From contig DASZYA010000001.1 in the NCBI GenBank assembly GCA_035545675.1, forward strand, positions 237 to 64,236: 64,000 nucleotides of DNA. Reading direction: 5' to 3'. Shown in pieces: positions 55,562-64,000 of the stretch. The notes beneath the pieces were generated by a model. That model was not told the DNA's origin and did not search any database. It saw only the letters and a list, made by a program, of their open reading frames with translations. Numbering within the stretch: the first letter of the stretch is position 1; every line of letters starts with the position of its first letter. The stretch comes from Patescibacteria group bacterium. GTDB lineage: Bacteria > Patescibacteriota > Microgenomatia > Levybacterales > GWA1-39-11. A program made the translations under genes and the position numbers.

Positions 55562-56458
55562 CTAAATTACATCACTTGGATTTTTCGGGACGAATTCCAA
55601 AGCCTTTCTAGATTTGGTGGCAGATAAACTAGCATTTATTAACCGTAAATCTGCCTTTTCTTTTCCATATAGAGAATGCAGGGTTGCTTTTTTTACTTGC
55701 TTTATTTTGTAATTATTGGATTGTGCTATTAGGACCGCAAAGTCATATGGTGATATAGATTTCCTTGGCGCTACATGAAATACTCCTCTAAGATTTTTAT
55801 CTATAACCGTTGAAATACCCCTAACAATATCCTCAGTATAAGTTGGAGTGAATAATTGATCTGATACAGCAAATACTACCCCTTTATTTCTTAGACTACT
55901 TAAAACTTTACCATATATTGTTTTGCCATGATCTTTTTTGTGATAAGCAACTACAGACCTTATAATAGCAAACTTTGCCCCGGATTTAATTATTAGATCC
56001 TCTGCTGCACTTTTTGTAATCCCGTACCAATTTCTAGGATTTTTTCTTGAATTTTCATTAAACGTTTTCTTTTGCCCATCAAATACACATTCTGTTGATA
56101 GATAAATAAGAGGAATTTTATGTTGGACACAAAAATCAGCAATTTCTCTTGTTGCATCTACGTTTATCCTCCAAGCATTGCCCTTTTCCCCTTTTTTCCT
56201 ATCTTTTTCACACCTATCTATATGGGTTATTGCTGCCAAGTGAACAATAACACTTGGTGATGTTTTCCTTAAAACCTTTTGTATTTTTTTTCCATCGAGC
56301 AAATCAAGCTTGTAATGTTTTTTAATTGCTAATTTAGAAGATACTTTCTTTTTATGATATAAATCAATCAAATCATATTTATCCCCATATAGATCTGCAA
56401 AAATATTTCCTACAACCCCATTAAGACCGGTAACAGCGATGACTTTTTTTTTAATCAT
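55562..56458 (-). CDS. rmlD: dTDP-4-dehydrorhamnose reductase-like (RmlD family)
   Basis: TGLNGVVG, HLAAITHIDRCE, STECVFDG, YGITK, PTY..D. Confidence 0.75.
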   Translation of the reverse strand: MIKKKVIAVTGLNGVVGNIFADLYGDKYDLIDLYHKKKVSSKLAIKKHYKLDLLDGKKIQKVLRKTSPSVIVHLAAITHIDRCEKDRKKGEKGNAWRINVDATREIADFCVQHKIPLIYLSTECVFDGQKKTFNENSRKNPRNWYGITKSAAEDLIIKSGAKFAIIRSVVAYHKKDHGKTIYGKVLSSLRNKGVVFAVSDQLFTPTYTEDIVRGISTVIDKNLRGVFHVAPRKSISPYDFAVLIAQSNNYKIKQVKKATLHSLYGKEKADLRLINASLSATKSRKALEFVPKNPSDVI

Positions 56459-57222
56459 TTTTTCATTTTTTTATTTTGAAGAGTTAATATATTTGCATGT
56501 CTTTCTAAAATGTCGAAATTATCTTCTATTAAACTCTTTATTTTTTTATACCTCTTACCAGGAGTTAATTCATGATATTCGATAAAAACATATTTCACAT
56601 TTTTCTTAATATAAGCAAAGGTTTTTTTGTGTTGAAGTATCTCATATTCTGATCCCTCCACATCTAACTTTAACAAATCCACTCTCTTTATTTTCATTTT
56701 ATCCATTACTGAAACCAAGGTATCAACTTTGCAATTAGAATTATTTTTGTTCTTAACATCCAAGTAATATGCATCCGTGTTCATGTTTTCATTCCTAAGA
56801 TGAGCCTCGCCTTTGTAATCTGAAATGGCAAGCTTAATTGGTTTAACTGAGTGTGATTTATTAATAGATAAATTTCTCTTTAAAAGTGAAAAGTTTTGGC
56901 TATCAGGCTCAACTGCTATAATCTTGCACTTGTTTTTTAAAATACTTGCCACATAGACCGAGAACGAACCAATATGTGCTCCAAGATCAACGATAATTGG
57001 ATTTTTGGGCAACTTAATCTTGTCAAAATCATACTCATATCCCGAAGCAACAACAATTATTTCCGGTAGATCTTCCGTACCTGACCTAACTTCGAATTTC
57101 AATTTCTTATTCCTAATCTTATAAATTTTATTTCCACTAACCAATTTAAACCTATCCATAAATGCCATTGGAAAATCTTCGATCGTTTTTATAGCAAGAA
57201 GCGTTTTTGTTAAGGTATTCAT
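56455..57222 (-). CDS. FkbM family methyltransferase
   Basis: DLGAHIG, VEPD, LKLDVEGSE, IEYH. Confidence 0.9.
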   Translation of the reverse strand: MNTLTKTLLAIKTIEDFPMAFMDRFKLVSGNKIYKIRNKKLKFEVRSGTEDLPEIIVVASGYEYDFDKIKLPKNPIIVDLGAHIGSFSVYVASILKNKCKIIAVEPDSQNFSLLKRNLSINKSHSVKPIKLAISDYKGEAHLRNENMNTDAYYLDVKNKNNSNCKVDTLVSVMDKMKIKRVDLLKLDVEGSEYEILQHKKTFAYIKKNVKYVFIEYHELTPGKRYKKIKSLIEDNFDILERHANILTLQNKKMKK

Positions 57223-57282
57223 TTTATTTAATTAAGAGAATTTTCAGATTATATTTCATATACATACTCCCTACAATAGACA

Positions 57283-58305
57283 TTAATCAATCCCAAATAT
57301 ATTCTTTACTTTGTGCTCTACTACAACGTACCCATAAACAGTCACGAAACCCAAACATAGAACTGGGTTAATAAACCAGGCTAAATCCCTTATTTTTATG
57401 TATCCACGAAGACTATCAGCAATAGGCTTAACAAGGGTTACACTTATTAAAATAACGTACAGAAGTTTACCGAAATCTTTTTTTGTATATAATGAGTATC
57501 TTCTTCTATCTTTGTTTAATTTGCTATCAGAAAAATAGAATTGTCGCATAAAAAACATTCTTCTTGTGAGGAAATTAAATACACTTCCTCTGCCACCCAG
57601 ATGTGCAATTGAGTTTTTTGTAAATGCATACGTGTCATATCCCTTTTTAATTAAATCTAGGTTAACATCTGTATGATAAAACTTTCCAGGTGCCGAATCT
57701 GCCTTATTAATAAGCAGAGATCTTCTTATCATAAACCCATTGGCTCCAATAGTAGGAAGGTTTGAAGGTGTGAATTTAACCTCATAATATTTTCCTCTGT
57801 CAATTGCCCCATATTTGCTGCCTAGACTACTATATATATAAGACAGTCTATCTGCCTTACCAAAGTAAAAAGCCAGAGGATCAGTTACTCCAAAAAGGGC
57901 AATATACTTATCCAAAACCGATCTTTTTTTGTCATAATAATATCTCAAAGTCTCTACTCCTACAATTTTTCTATTTTCCACAAAGGGCACAAGCATTTGT
58001 GAAATTATTTTTTTACTCTGCAGAACATTGTCATGATCTAGTAAAAAAATTATTTCATTTCGAGCTTTTTGTATACCTAAGCTTTTATTCAGTTCAACAT
58101 TTTGTTTTTTTGGTGGCACGTTAATAATTTTTGGCTTATATTTAGAAACTATTTCAATTGTGTCGTCGGTTGAACCTCCATCAACAATTATTATTTCAAT
58201 CTTAGATTTGGGATATTCTTGATTTTTTATGCTCTTAAGACACGCATCAATTGTTTTTGCTGAGTTAAAAGTAGGAATAATAATTGAAACAGATAAATTC
58301 TTCAT
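57283..58305 (-). CDS. GT2 glycosyltransferase (paralog of 60932-61975)
   Basis: VDGGSTD, LDHD, PTIGANGF; C-terminal TMs. Confidence 0.88.
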   Translation of the reverse strand: MKNLSVSIIIPTFNSAKTIDACLKSIKNQEYPKSKIEIIIVDGGSTDDTIEIVSKYKPKIINVPPKKQNVELNKSLGIQKARNEIIFLLDHDNVLQSKKIISQMLVPFVENRKIVGVETLRYYYDKKRSVLDKYIALFGVTDPLAFYFGKADRLSYIYSSLGSKYGAIDRGKYYEVKFTPSNLPTIGANGFMIRRSLLINKADSAPGKFYHTDVNLDLIKKGYDTYAFTKNSIAHLGGRGSVFNFLTRRMFFMRQFYFSDSKLNKDRRRYSLYTKKDFGKLLYVILISVTLVKPIADSLRGYIKIRDLAWFINPVLCLGFVTVYGYVVVEHKVKNIFGID

Positions 58306-59279
58306 CTAGATAAACTAAAATAATCTTTTAAAAGTAGAAATTTTCCGAATCCAAAATACATTTTCTTAAATATTTGAAAGTCACTTATGATTCTATGTTT
58401 TTGAACCCACGCTCTTTTTCTTAAAGTTTTCTTAAGGATCTTCATATTGAAAATCCAACCCTCAATATATGAATAAGAAATACTTGGCTTACCCATTAAT
58501 AAAAACAAAGCTATCTCAAAAATGTTTTGCATGACATATAGAGGAATTACAAAAAATAGAGTTATAGTGGAATAATTTTTAATAATAGCTTGTAAGGTAT
58601 TTTGGTTACGCCATAAAAATGTATTATACTTTAATCCCTCACCCGTACTACCTGCTCCCGCATGATGTATGAAGCAATTTTTGACTACTGTAAATTTTTT
58701 GCCCAAAAGCGAAAGTCTCCAAAACCAATCTACGTCTTCATAATACATAAAAAAATCTTTATCCGTTCCCAAAGTCTTTTGAAAAAGATTTTTACTGCAT
58801 AAAAAACAAACCGTGAGATAAAATAGTTTTTTAGAATTGTAAGTGGGAATAAAATATGCAGGACTTCCCGTTGGATCAATTGTTGTATTACATTTAAATT
58901 GCTTGTTGTTGAAGTATCTTTTTTCTACTGCAGATAATACATCGTAGTCATTATTATCATAAAAATTCTTTAATTTTTCTACAAAATACCTATCAAACCA
59001 CGTATCATTATTAACAAACAAAACTATTTCGCCCTTCGATTCTTCTACTCCAATTTTAGTTGCTGTGGCCAATCCCAAATTTCTTTTATTTTTTATAATC
59101 TTGACTTGAGGAAATTTTTTTCTTACATAATCAACAGAATCATCCGATGAATTATTATCAACCATTATAAGCTCAATATTTTTATAACTTTGCTTCTGGA
59201 GAGAGGAAAAAAATTTATTTAACCACTTTTTACCGTTCCAATTTACTGTAAATATAGAAATTAGTTGACTATTTTGCAT
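58302..59279 (-). CDS. GT2 glycosyltransferase
   Basis: VNWNG, VDNNSSD, VNND, FMYYEDVD. Confidence 0.9.
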   Translation of the reverse strand: MQNSQLISIFTVNWNGKKWLNKFFSSLQKQSYKNIELIMVDNNSSDDSVDYVRKKFPQVKIIKNKRNLGLATATKIGVEESKGEIVLFVNNDTWFDRYFVEKLKNFYDNNDYDVLSAVEKRYFNNKQFKCNTTIDPTGSPAYFIPTYNSKKLFYLTVCFLCSKNLFQKTLGTDKDFFMYYEDVDWFWRLSLLGKKFTVVKNCFIHHAGAGSTGEGLKYNTFLWRNQNTLQAIIKNYSTITLFFVIPLYVMQNIFEIALFLLMGKPSISYSYIEGWIFNMKILKKTLRKRAWVQKHRIISDFQIFKKMYFGFGKFLLLKDYFSLSR

Positions 59280-59997
59280 TTTTATTTTTTACAAACTCGT
59301 AATACACCGAACGCGGAAAAATTTTGTTGCCAATATAATTAATTCCTTCACCAATAGGAACAGTTATTATCCATATTGGAAAGTATACGAGGGGTGTTCT
59401 AACTACGGTAGGATGGAAATAAAGCAGTGATAAATGTACAAATTTTGTAAAATTTGTATCTCTCCAACTACCAATACTCAGTTGTGTTTTGGATTTGATT
59501 TTTCTCTTAAATAGAACATATAACTCTATATGCTGAAGAAAATCTTTCTTAACCTTCCTTACTACTCTTATTTTCTTTTTTCTAAGTAGTGTTTCTAACT
59601 CTTTCTCACCAAAGATTCTGACGTGATGAATTTCTTTATGAAACGTCGGTCTTACAACCAATAACCATTTCTCTGATCTATGATATGGAATATTAACAAT
59701 AAATTTTCCACCCGGCTTTAAGACTCTAGCAATTTCACCCAAAACTTTATTTAGATTATCTACATGCTCCAATATATCCATTGCGTATATTTCGTCAAAT
59801 GTATTTTTTTTAAATTTTAGCTTTTCCGCATCCATATAGATATATTTCACGCCTGGATATCTTTTTTTTGATATAGCTATATCTCTCCTAGATAGATCAA
59901 TTCCGGTTACATCATTATTTTTATTCTTTGATAGATAATAAGTGTTAAATCCCTGTCCGGAACCGATTTCTAATATAATTTTTTTCTTTCCTTTCAT
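59269..59997 (-). CDS. Class I SAM-dependent methyltransferase (Methyltransf_11-like)
   Basis: LEIGSGQG, GIDLS, DAEKL, LEHV, LKPGG. Confidence 0.88.
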   Translation of the reverse strand: MKGKKKIILEIGSGQGFNTYYLSKNKNNDVTGIDLSRRDIAISKKRYPGVKYIYMDAEKLKFKKNTFDEIYAMDILEHVDNLNKVLGEIARVLKPGGKFIVNIPYHRSEKWLLVVRPTFHKEIHHVRIFGEKELETLLRKKKIRVVRKVKKDFLQHIELYVLFKRKIKSKTQLSIGSWRDTNFTKFVHLSLLYFHPTVVRTPLVYFPIWIITVPIGEGINYIGNKIFPRSVYYEFVKNKNAK

Positions 59998-60929
59998 ATT
60001 CTATTTTTAATATACCAATCGACAGTTTTCTTAATGCCTTTCTTGAGATCAGTTTTTGCTTTAAATCCAAATTCTTTGTAAGCACGTCTTGTATTCATTT
60101 TTCTCCTTAAAACGCCGTCTGGTTTTGTTTTATCCCAAACGGTTTTGCCGTTGTATCCCACAGTTTTTTTAATTATCTCTACTAGCTTCGCAATTGAAAT
60201 TTCGACTCCGGACCCAAGATTAATTGGATCTAGCTTATCGTATTTTCTGACAGCCATAACAATTGCACGAGCTGCATCCTCTACATAGATAAATTCTCTG
60301 TTTGCTTTACCAGTTCCCCATATACTAACACTCTTCTCGTTGTTGATTTTTGCATCTACTATTTTTTTAATTAAGGCAGTCATTACGTGCGAATAATTAG
60401 ATTCAAAATGGTCACCTGGGCCATATAGGTTTACAGGCATCAAGATAAATGACTTGAAACCGTATTGCTCATAATAAGCTCGTCCCTGTACTATAAGCAT
60501 TTTCTTGGCGATTCCGTATGGTGCGGTTACTTCTTCCGGGTAGCCATCCCAAAGTGATTCTTCTTTAAATGGTAATGGCGCATTTTTGGGATAAGAACAG
60601 ACAGTACCTGTTGTTACAAATTTTTTAACTCCGGCAAGTCTTGCTGCTTCTATGAGATGTAGGCCCATTAAAGAATTTTCATAAAAGATTTCTCCCGGTT
60701 TTTCTTTATTAAAACCTATACCTCCAATTTTAGCCGCTAGATGTATTACAATATCCCGATCTTTTACAGCCTTCACACAATCCTCGTATTTTCTCAGATC
60801 TATTTTTTTTGATGAAGGAGCATAGACATTCTTGGGATCAACTCCAGCTTGAATTAGTTTTTTATAAACGTGTTGGCCCAAAAAGCCCGATGCACCAGTT
60901 AATAAAATTTTCTTATTTTTAATAGTCAT
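59994..60929 (-). CDS. fcl: GDP-L-fucose synthase-like epimerase/reductase
   Basis: TGASGFLG, HLAAKIGGIG, TVCSYPK, YGIAK, NLYGPGD, WGTGKANREF, KPDG. Confidence 0.88.
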   Translation of the reverse strand: MTIKNKKILLTGASGFLGQHVYKKLIQAGVDPKNVYAPSSKKIDLRKYEDCVKAVKDRDIVIHLAAKIGGIGFNKEKPGEIFYENSLMGLHLIEAARLAGVKKFVTTGTVCSYPKNAPLPFKEESLWDGYPEEVTAPYGIAKKMLIVQGRAYYEQYGFKSFILMPVNLYGPGDHFESNYSHVMTALIKKIVDAKINNEKSVSIWGTGKANREFIYVEDAARAIVMAVRKYDKLDPINLGSGVEISIAKLVEIIKKTVGYNGKTVWDKTKPDGVLRRKMNTRRAYKEFGFKAKTDLKKGIKKTVDWYIKNRI

Positions 60930-60931
60930 AT

Positions 60932-61975
60932 TTAATTTGTGAAAGTCATAAAAAGACCTTTAAAAAGCTTTATTAGTATTGCAACAATATATGTAACAAA
61001 AATTGAAAAACAGAAAATAGGATGAATAAACCATGCAATATCGGGTTTTTTTAAGTATCCCCTTATAGAAATATAAAATGGTTGTATAAACGTACAAGAA
61101 AAAATTATAAATAAAATAACTCCAATAATATCTTGAGTTCTAGCCGGATCAAAGACTTTGTATCTTCTTTCACTAGATCTTTTTTGATAATGCAACATCA
61201 TATAACGAGCTCTTTTTATTACATATGGAAAAAGTGCAATTGCTGTATCATGAATTACAACATCTCGTACGACCGCGTAGTCAGAAAGCTTAAATTTTAG
61301 TATGTCAAAGGGAACATCTATATGAAAGAAATTATTCATGTCCGATTTACCTTTCAATAAATACTTTCTTCTTGCTATAAAACCATTAGAACCAAGAGTA
61401 GGAAAATGCTCACGATCAAACCTGACTACAAAATAATCCTTTTCATCTCTGATCACACTCCCAAATCCTGTCCACTTATCTGATATGTAAGACATTTTAT
61501 CTGCTTTTCCAAGGTATAACCCTACCGGATCTGCTGATCCGATAAGAGAGAAATATCTATTTAAATAAATGTCTTTTTTCCTGTATGCAAATCTCCAGGT
61601 AAAACTACCTACTATATTTTTATCTTCCAATAAGGGTGTAACCATTTTCCTAAACCAATCATTATTCGGCAGATAATTATCAGAATCTATTAAAGCCACC
61701 ATTTCACCTTTTGCTAAATGTAGCCCCTCCCCCTTACAAGTCTCTGGATCATTAGGCTTTTTACCAAAAACCAATTTTATTTTTAATCTTGATGACTTAA
61801 TTAAATCGATTGTTCCATCAGTTGAATTTCCATCAACAATGATCACTTCCAATTTTTTGCGTGGATAATCCTGGCTTTCAATATTTCTCAACAAGCGAGG
61901 GAGTGTTCGCCTATTGTTTTTTGTTACTATGATGACTGATAGAGTGGGCAAGCTCAGTTTTGTTTTATTGTTCAT
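60932..61975 (-). CDS. GT2 glycosyltransferase (paralog of 57283-58305)
   Basis: VDGNSTD, IDSD, PTLGSNGF; C-terminal TMs. Confidence 0.88.
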   Translation of the reverse strand: MNNKTKLSLPTLSVIIVTKNNRRTLPRLLRNIESQDYPRKKLEVIIVDGNSTDGTIDLIKSSRLKIKLVFGKKPNDPETCKGEGLHLAKGEMVALIDSDNYLPNNDWFRKMVTPLLEDKNIVGSFTWRFAYRKKDIYLNRYFSLIGSADPVGLYLGKADKMSYISDKWTGFGSVIRDEKDYFVVRFDREHFPTLGSNGFIARRKYLLKGKSDMNNFFHIDVPFDILKFKLSDYAVVRDVVIHDTAIALFPYVIKRARYMMLHYQKRSSERRYKVFDPARTQDIIGVILFIIFSCTFIQPFYISIRGYLKKPDIAWFIHPIFCFSIFVTYIVAILIKLFKGLFMTFTN

Positions 61976-63299
61976 TATAAAGATGTACAGCCCACACGTT
62001 AAGAAAAATAAAAATCACGAACCATGTGTAGCAAACTAATTTACCAAATTTATTAACATTTTTGTAGGGGGTTAATAAGGGAAATAGACTTGATCCCCAC
62101 GAAATTATTGACAATCTAAAAATCAAATATGAAAATCCAAACTTTTGCCTCCAAGTTAATTCAAGAAGACTTGTTCCTACAACAACCAAAAATACAAAGC
62201 TAAGTACCCAGTTTTTAATGTAGTATTCTTTAATAAATAGCGCGATGGAAATTACAAGAAATGGATAAAAAGGATATCTATACCAACCATGACTTGGTTC
62301 ATCGGGAATTCCAGCTAAAAATATAACAAAATAGGAAAGTAGAGCAAAAATTATTACGTAGTTCTTCCTTACATCTCGTGCGAAGACTAATATCGCTGCA
62401 AACCATCCAAAATATATCCAGCCATCAGTCAAAAATCTGTCTACCAAATATGGTTTTTGGAACAATGCAAAAATACTATTAAACGTTAGGTCATAACGAT
62501 TCAACTGAAGCCCCCAAAGACTAATAAAGAGATGTGAATCATAATAATATCCATAAGCTACAAAAATTAATAAACCAATTATTGGAGCGGTAAAAAATAG
62601 TAAAGCATTTTTATATTGTTTTAAGTAAAGAAAAATAAGGAAAACGGATCCAGATGCCGCAACCCAAGGTATTTTTGCTAGCACAAGCAAAATACACAAA
62701 ACAAAAGCAATATTTCTCAATAAATCATTTTTAGTTTTGATATATTTGACTATTAAAAAAAGTGTAAGAAGCCAAACAGGAATAAAGAAATTTTCATTCT
62801 GTACTATTCTTGAGCCCACAACAACTGTAGGAATTGTTGCATATAAAAGACTTGCCATCACAGCAACCTTTTCTTCGTAAATTTCTTTTGTAAGTAAATA
62901 GACTAAAAATATTGATAATACACCTAGAATAACAGCCAAAGGCCTTATATTATTTATGCTTAAATGATACATATCACTTGCTCCATTAAGAATTGCAAAG
63001 CCACCAGCAACCAAACCAAATACTGGAGGGTGCTCGAGAAATGGAGTTACAATTCTAAAATGAGTTTGTTGATATATTATATTTTTGTAGTTTTTATACT
63101 CAGGATGTGGAGACCAAGATATAGGAACACCTTTTTGTATTAAATTCATTCCTTCCCAAGTCCAAGCATATTCATCGAAGGTTGCGCCAAGTCTAGGCCA
63201 CGTGTAAAGCTTATCCTGTCTAAGATAAAATCCTAAAAAGAGAATCGCTATTAGCATTAGCGAATATATAGATAAATTCTTAATTATTTTTTGTAACAT
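61965..63299 (-). CDS. GT-C (ArnT/PMT-like) membrane glycosyltransferase
   Basis: FDE first loop, EHPP, SR..QNE, multi-TM, WYRYP. Confidence 0.82.
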   Translation of the reverse strand: MLQKIIKNLSIYSLMLIAILFLGFYLRQDKLYTWPRLGATFDEYAWTWEGMNLIQKGVPISWSPHPEYKNYKNIIYQQTHFRIVTPFLEHPPVFGLVAGGFAILNGASDMYHLSINNIRPLAVILGVLSIFLVYLLTKEIYEEKVAVMASLLYATIPTVVVGSRIVQNENFFIPVWLLTLFLIVKYIKTKNDLLRNIAFVLCILLVLAKIPWVAASGSVFLIFLYLKQYKNALLFFTAPIIGLLIFVAYGYYYDSHLFISLWGLQLNRYDLTFNSIFALFQKPYLVDRFLTDGWIYFGWFAAILVFARDVRKNYVIIFALLSYFVIFLAGIPDEPSHGWYRYPFYPFLVISIALFIKEYYIKNWVLSFVFLVVVGTSLLELTWRQKFGFSYLIFRLSIISWGSSLFPLLTPYKNVNKFGKLVCYTWFVIFIFLNVWAVHLYNEQ

Positions 63300-64000
63300 T
63301 CTCAATAAGTTCTAGGCTTATTTTTGTGGATTTGTCCCAATCCAAACTCTTGGCCCATTTTAAACAATTTTTTTGATATTTTGTATACCTGCTTTTATTT
63401 GAAATTAGATCTATAGCGGCTCTAGCCATAACCTCGGGCTTATTCTCATGGATCACAACTCCGGTTTTTCCATTAATAACAGAGTCTCTAAGACCTGCAA
63501 CATCGTAAACAACTGCTGGCGTTGCCTGACTAGCAGCTTCTATTATTACTAGACCCCATCCTTCTTTTCTTGAGGCATGAAGTATGAGATTTGATTTTTG
63601 GAGTAAGCTCACTTTCTCTTTCTCTGACACTTTTCCAAAGAATTTTACCTTAGAACTAATCGAATAACTCTTCAAAATCTCTTTAAGATAATTGATATAT
63701 TTTGGGTCTCCGTCCCCAACTATCCAGAGATTTCCATCTTTTAACTCTTTTAGAATAAAGAAAAAAGATTTTATGACCTCCTCTACACCTTTCATTTTCA
63801 CAATTCTACTTACAAAAATAAACGTTGGGATTTTTTCTTTATTTGGTACCTTTAATAAAGGCTTTATATCAAGACCACAATATATAAGAGTAATGTTTTT
63901 TCTTTTAATTCCCATCTTAACCAAATCATCTAACGTAGATTTACTAGGCACCCAAAATTTTACGTTTTTATATAGATTAAAATATAATGATTCAATAAAT
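63280..64000 (-). CDS. GT4 glycosyltransferase (5' end outside window)
   Basis: Frame is open to the window edge; SRIVKMKG, EGWGLVIIEA. Confidence 0.88.
   Translation of the reverse strand, partial: FIESLYFNLYKNVKFWVPSKSTLDDLVKMGIKRKNITLIYCGLDIKPLLKVPNKEKIPTFIFVSRIVKMKGVEEVIKSFFFILKELKDGNLWIVGDGDPKYINYLKEILKSYSISSKVKFFGKVSEKEKVSLLQKSNLILHASRKEGWGLVIIEAASQATPAVVYDVAGLRDSVINGKTGVVIHENKPEVMARAAIDLISNKSRYTKYQKNCLKWAKSLDWDKSTKISLELIENVTKNN

Noticed and set aside
697-58124. Short ORFs overlapping longer genes (e.g. 697-915, 1491-1727, 17179-17715, 28224-28730, 43440-43790, 57804-58124)
   Set aside because: Antisense or alternate-frame shadows of well-supported genes, with no motifs.
1-64000. Alternative genetic code (TGA read as Gly, as in some CPR lineages)
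   Set aside because: Genes are full length under code 11, and TGA serves as a stop in ATGA overlaps.

Overview
AT-rich bacterial window read with genetic code 11. Gene content and style (alpha2-type GlyRS, compact dcw cluster, DUF4012 protein, many ORFans, many TATAAT boxes just upstream of ATG) suggest a CPR/Patescibacteria (Microgenomates-like) genome; this is an inference. Layout: 1-4.9 kb dcw genes (mraZ-rsmH-ftsL-ftsI-murC); 5-16.8 kb mixed housekeeping and accessory genes (glyQS, tspO, a methyltransferase-sulfatase module, topoisomerase IB, zinc-ribbon proteins, a 3'-5' exonuclease); 16.8-23.3 kb type I restriction-modification operon with an ABC-ATPase/TOPRIM (OLD-like) gene between hsdM and hsdS; 23.4-28.8 kb ORFan cluster; recO and DUF4012; 31.6-64 kb large minus-strand surface-glycan locus. 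The most striking unexplained structure involves two four-helix-bundle (23S-IVP/TIGR02436-like) genes. Each is bracketed by inverted arrays of its own short repeat unit (7-mer GAATTAA-like; 8-mer TTAACGAG-like). The same and related 7/8/9-mer arrays recur as gene-less intergenic arrays, often overlapping stop codons, and as in-frame insertions in glycosyltransferases. I did not see them in the RM island or the distal glycan block. No rRNA, tRNA, CRISPR array, transposase or reverse transcriptase was recognised. All family assignments come from motif recognition by eye, not database searches.
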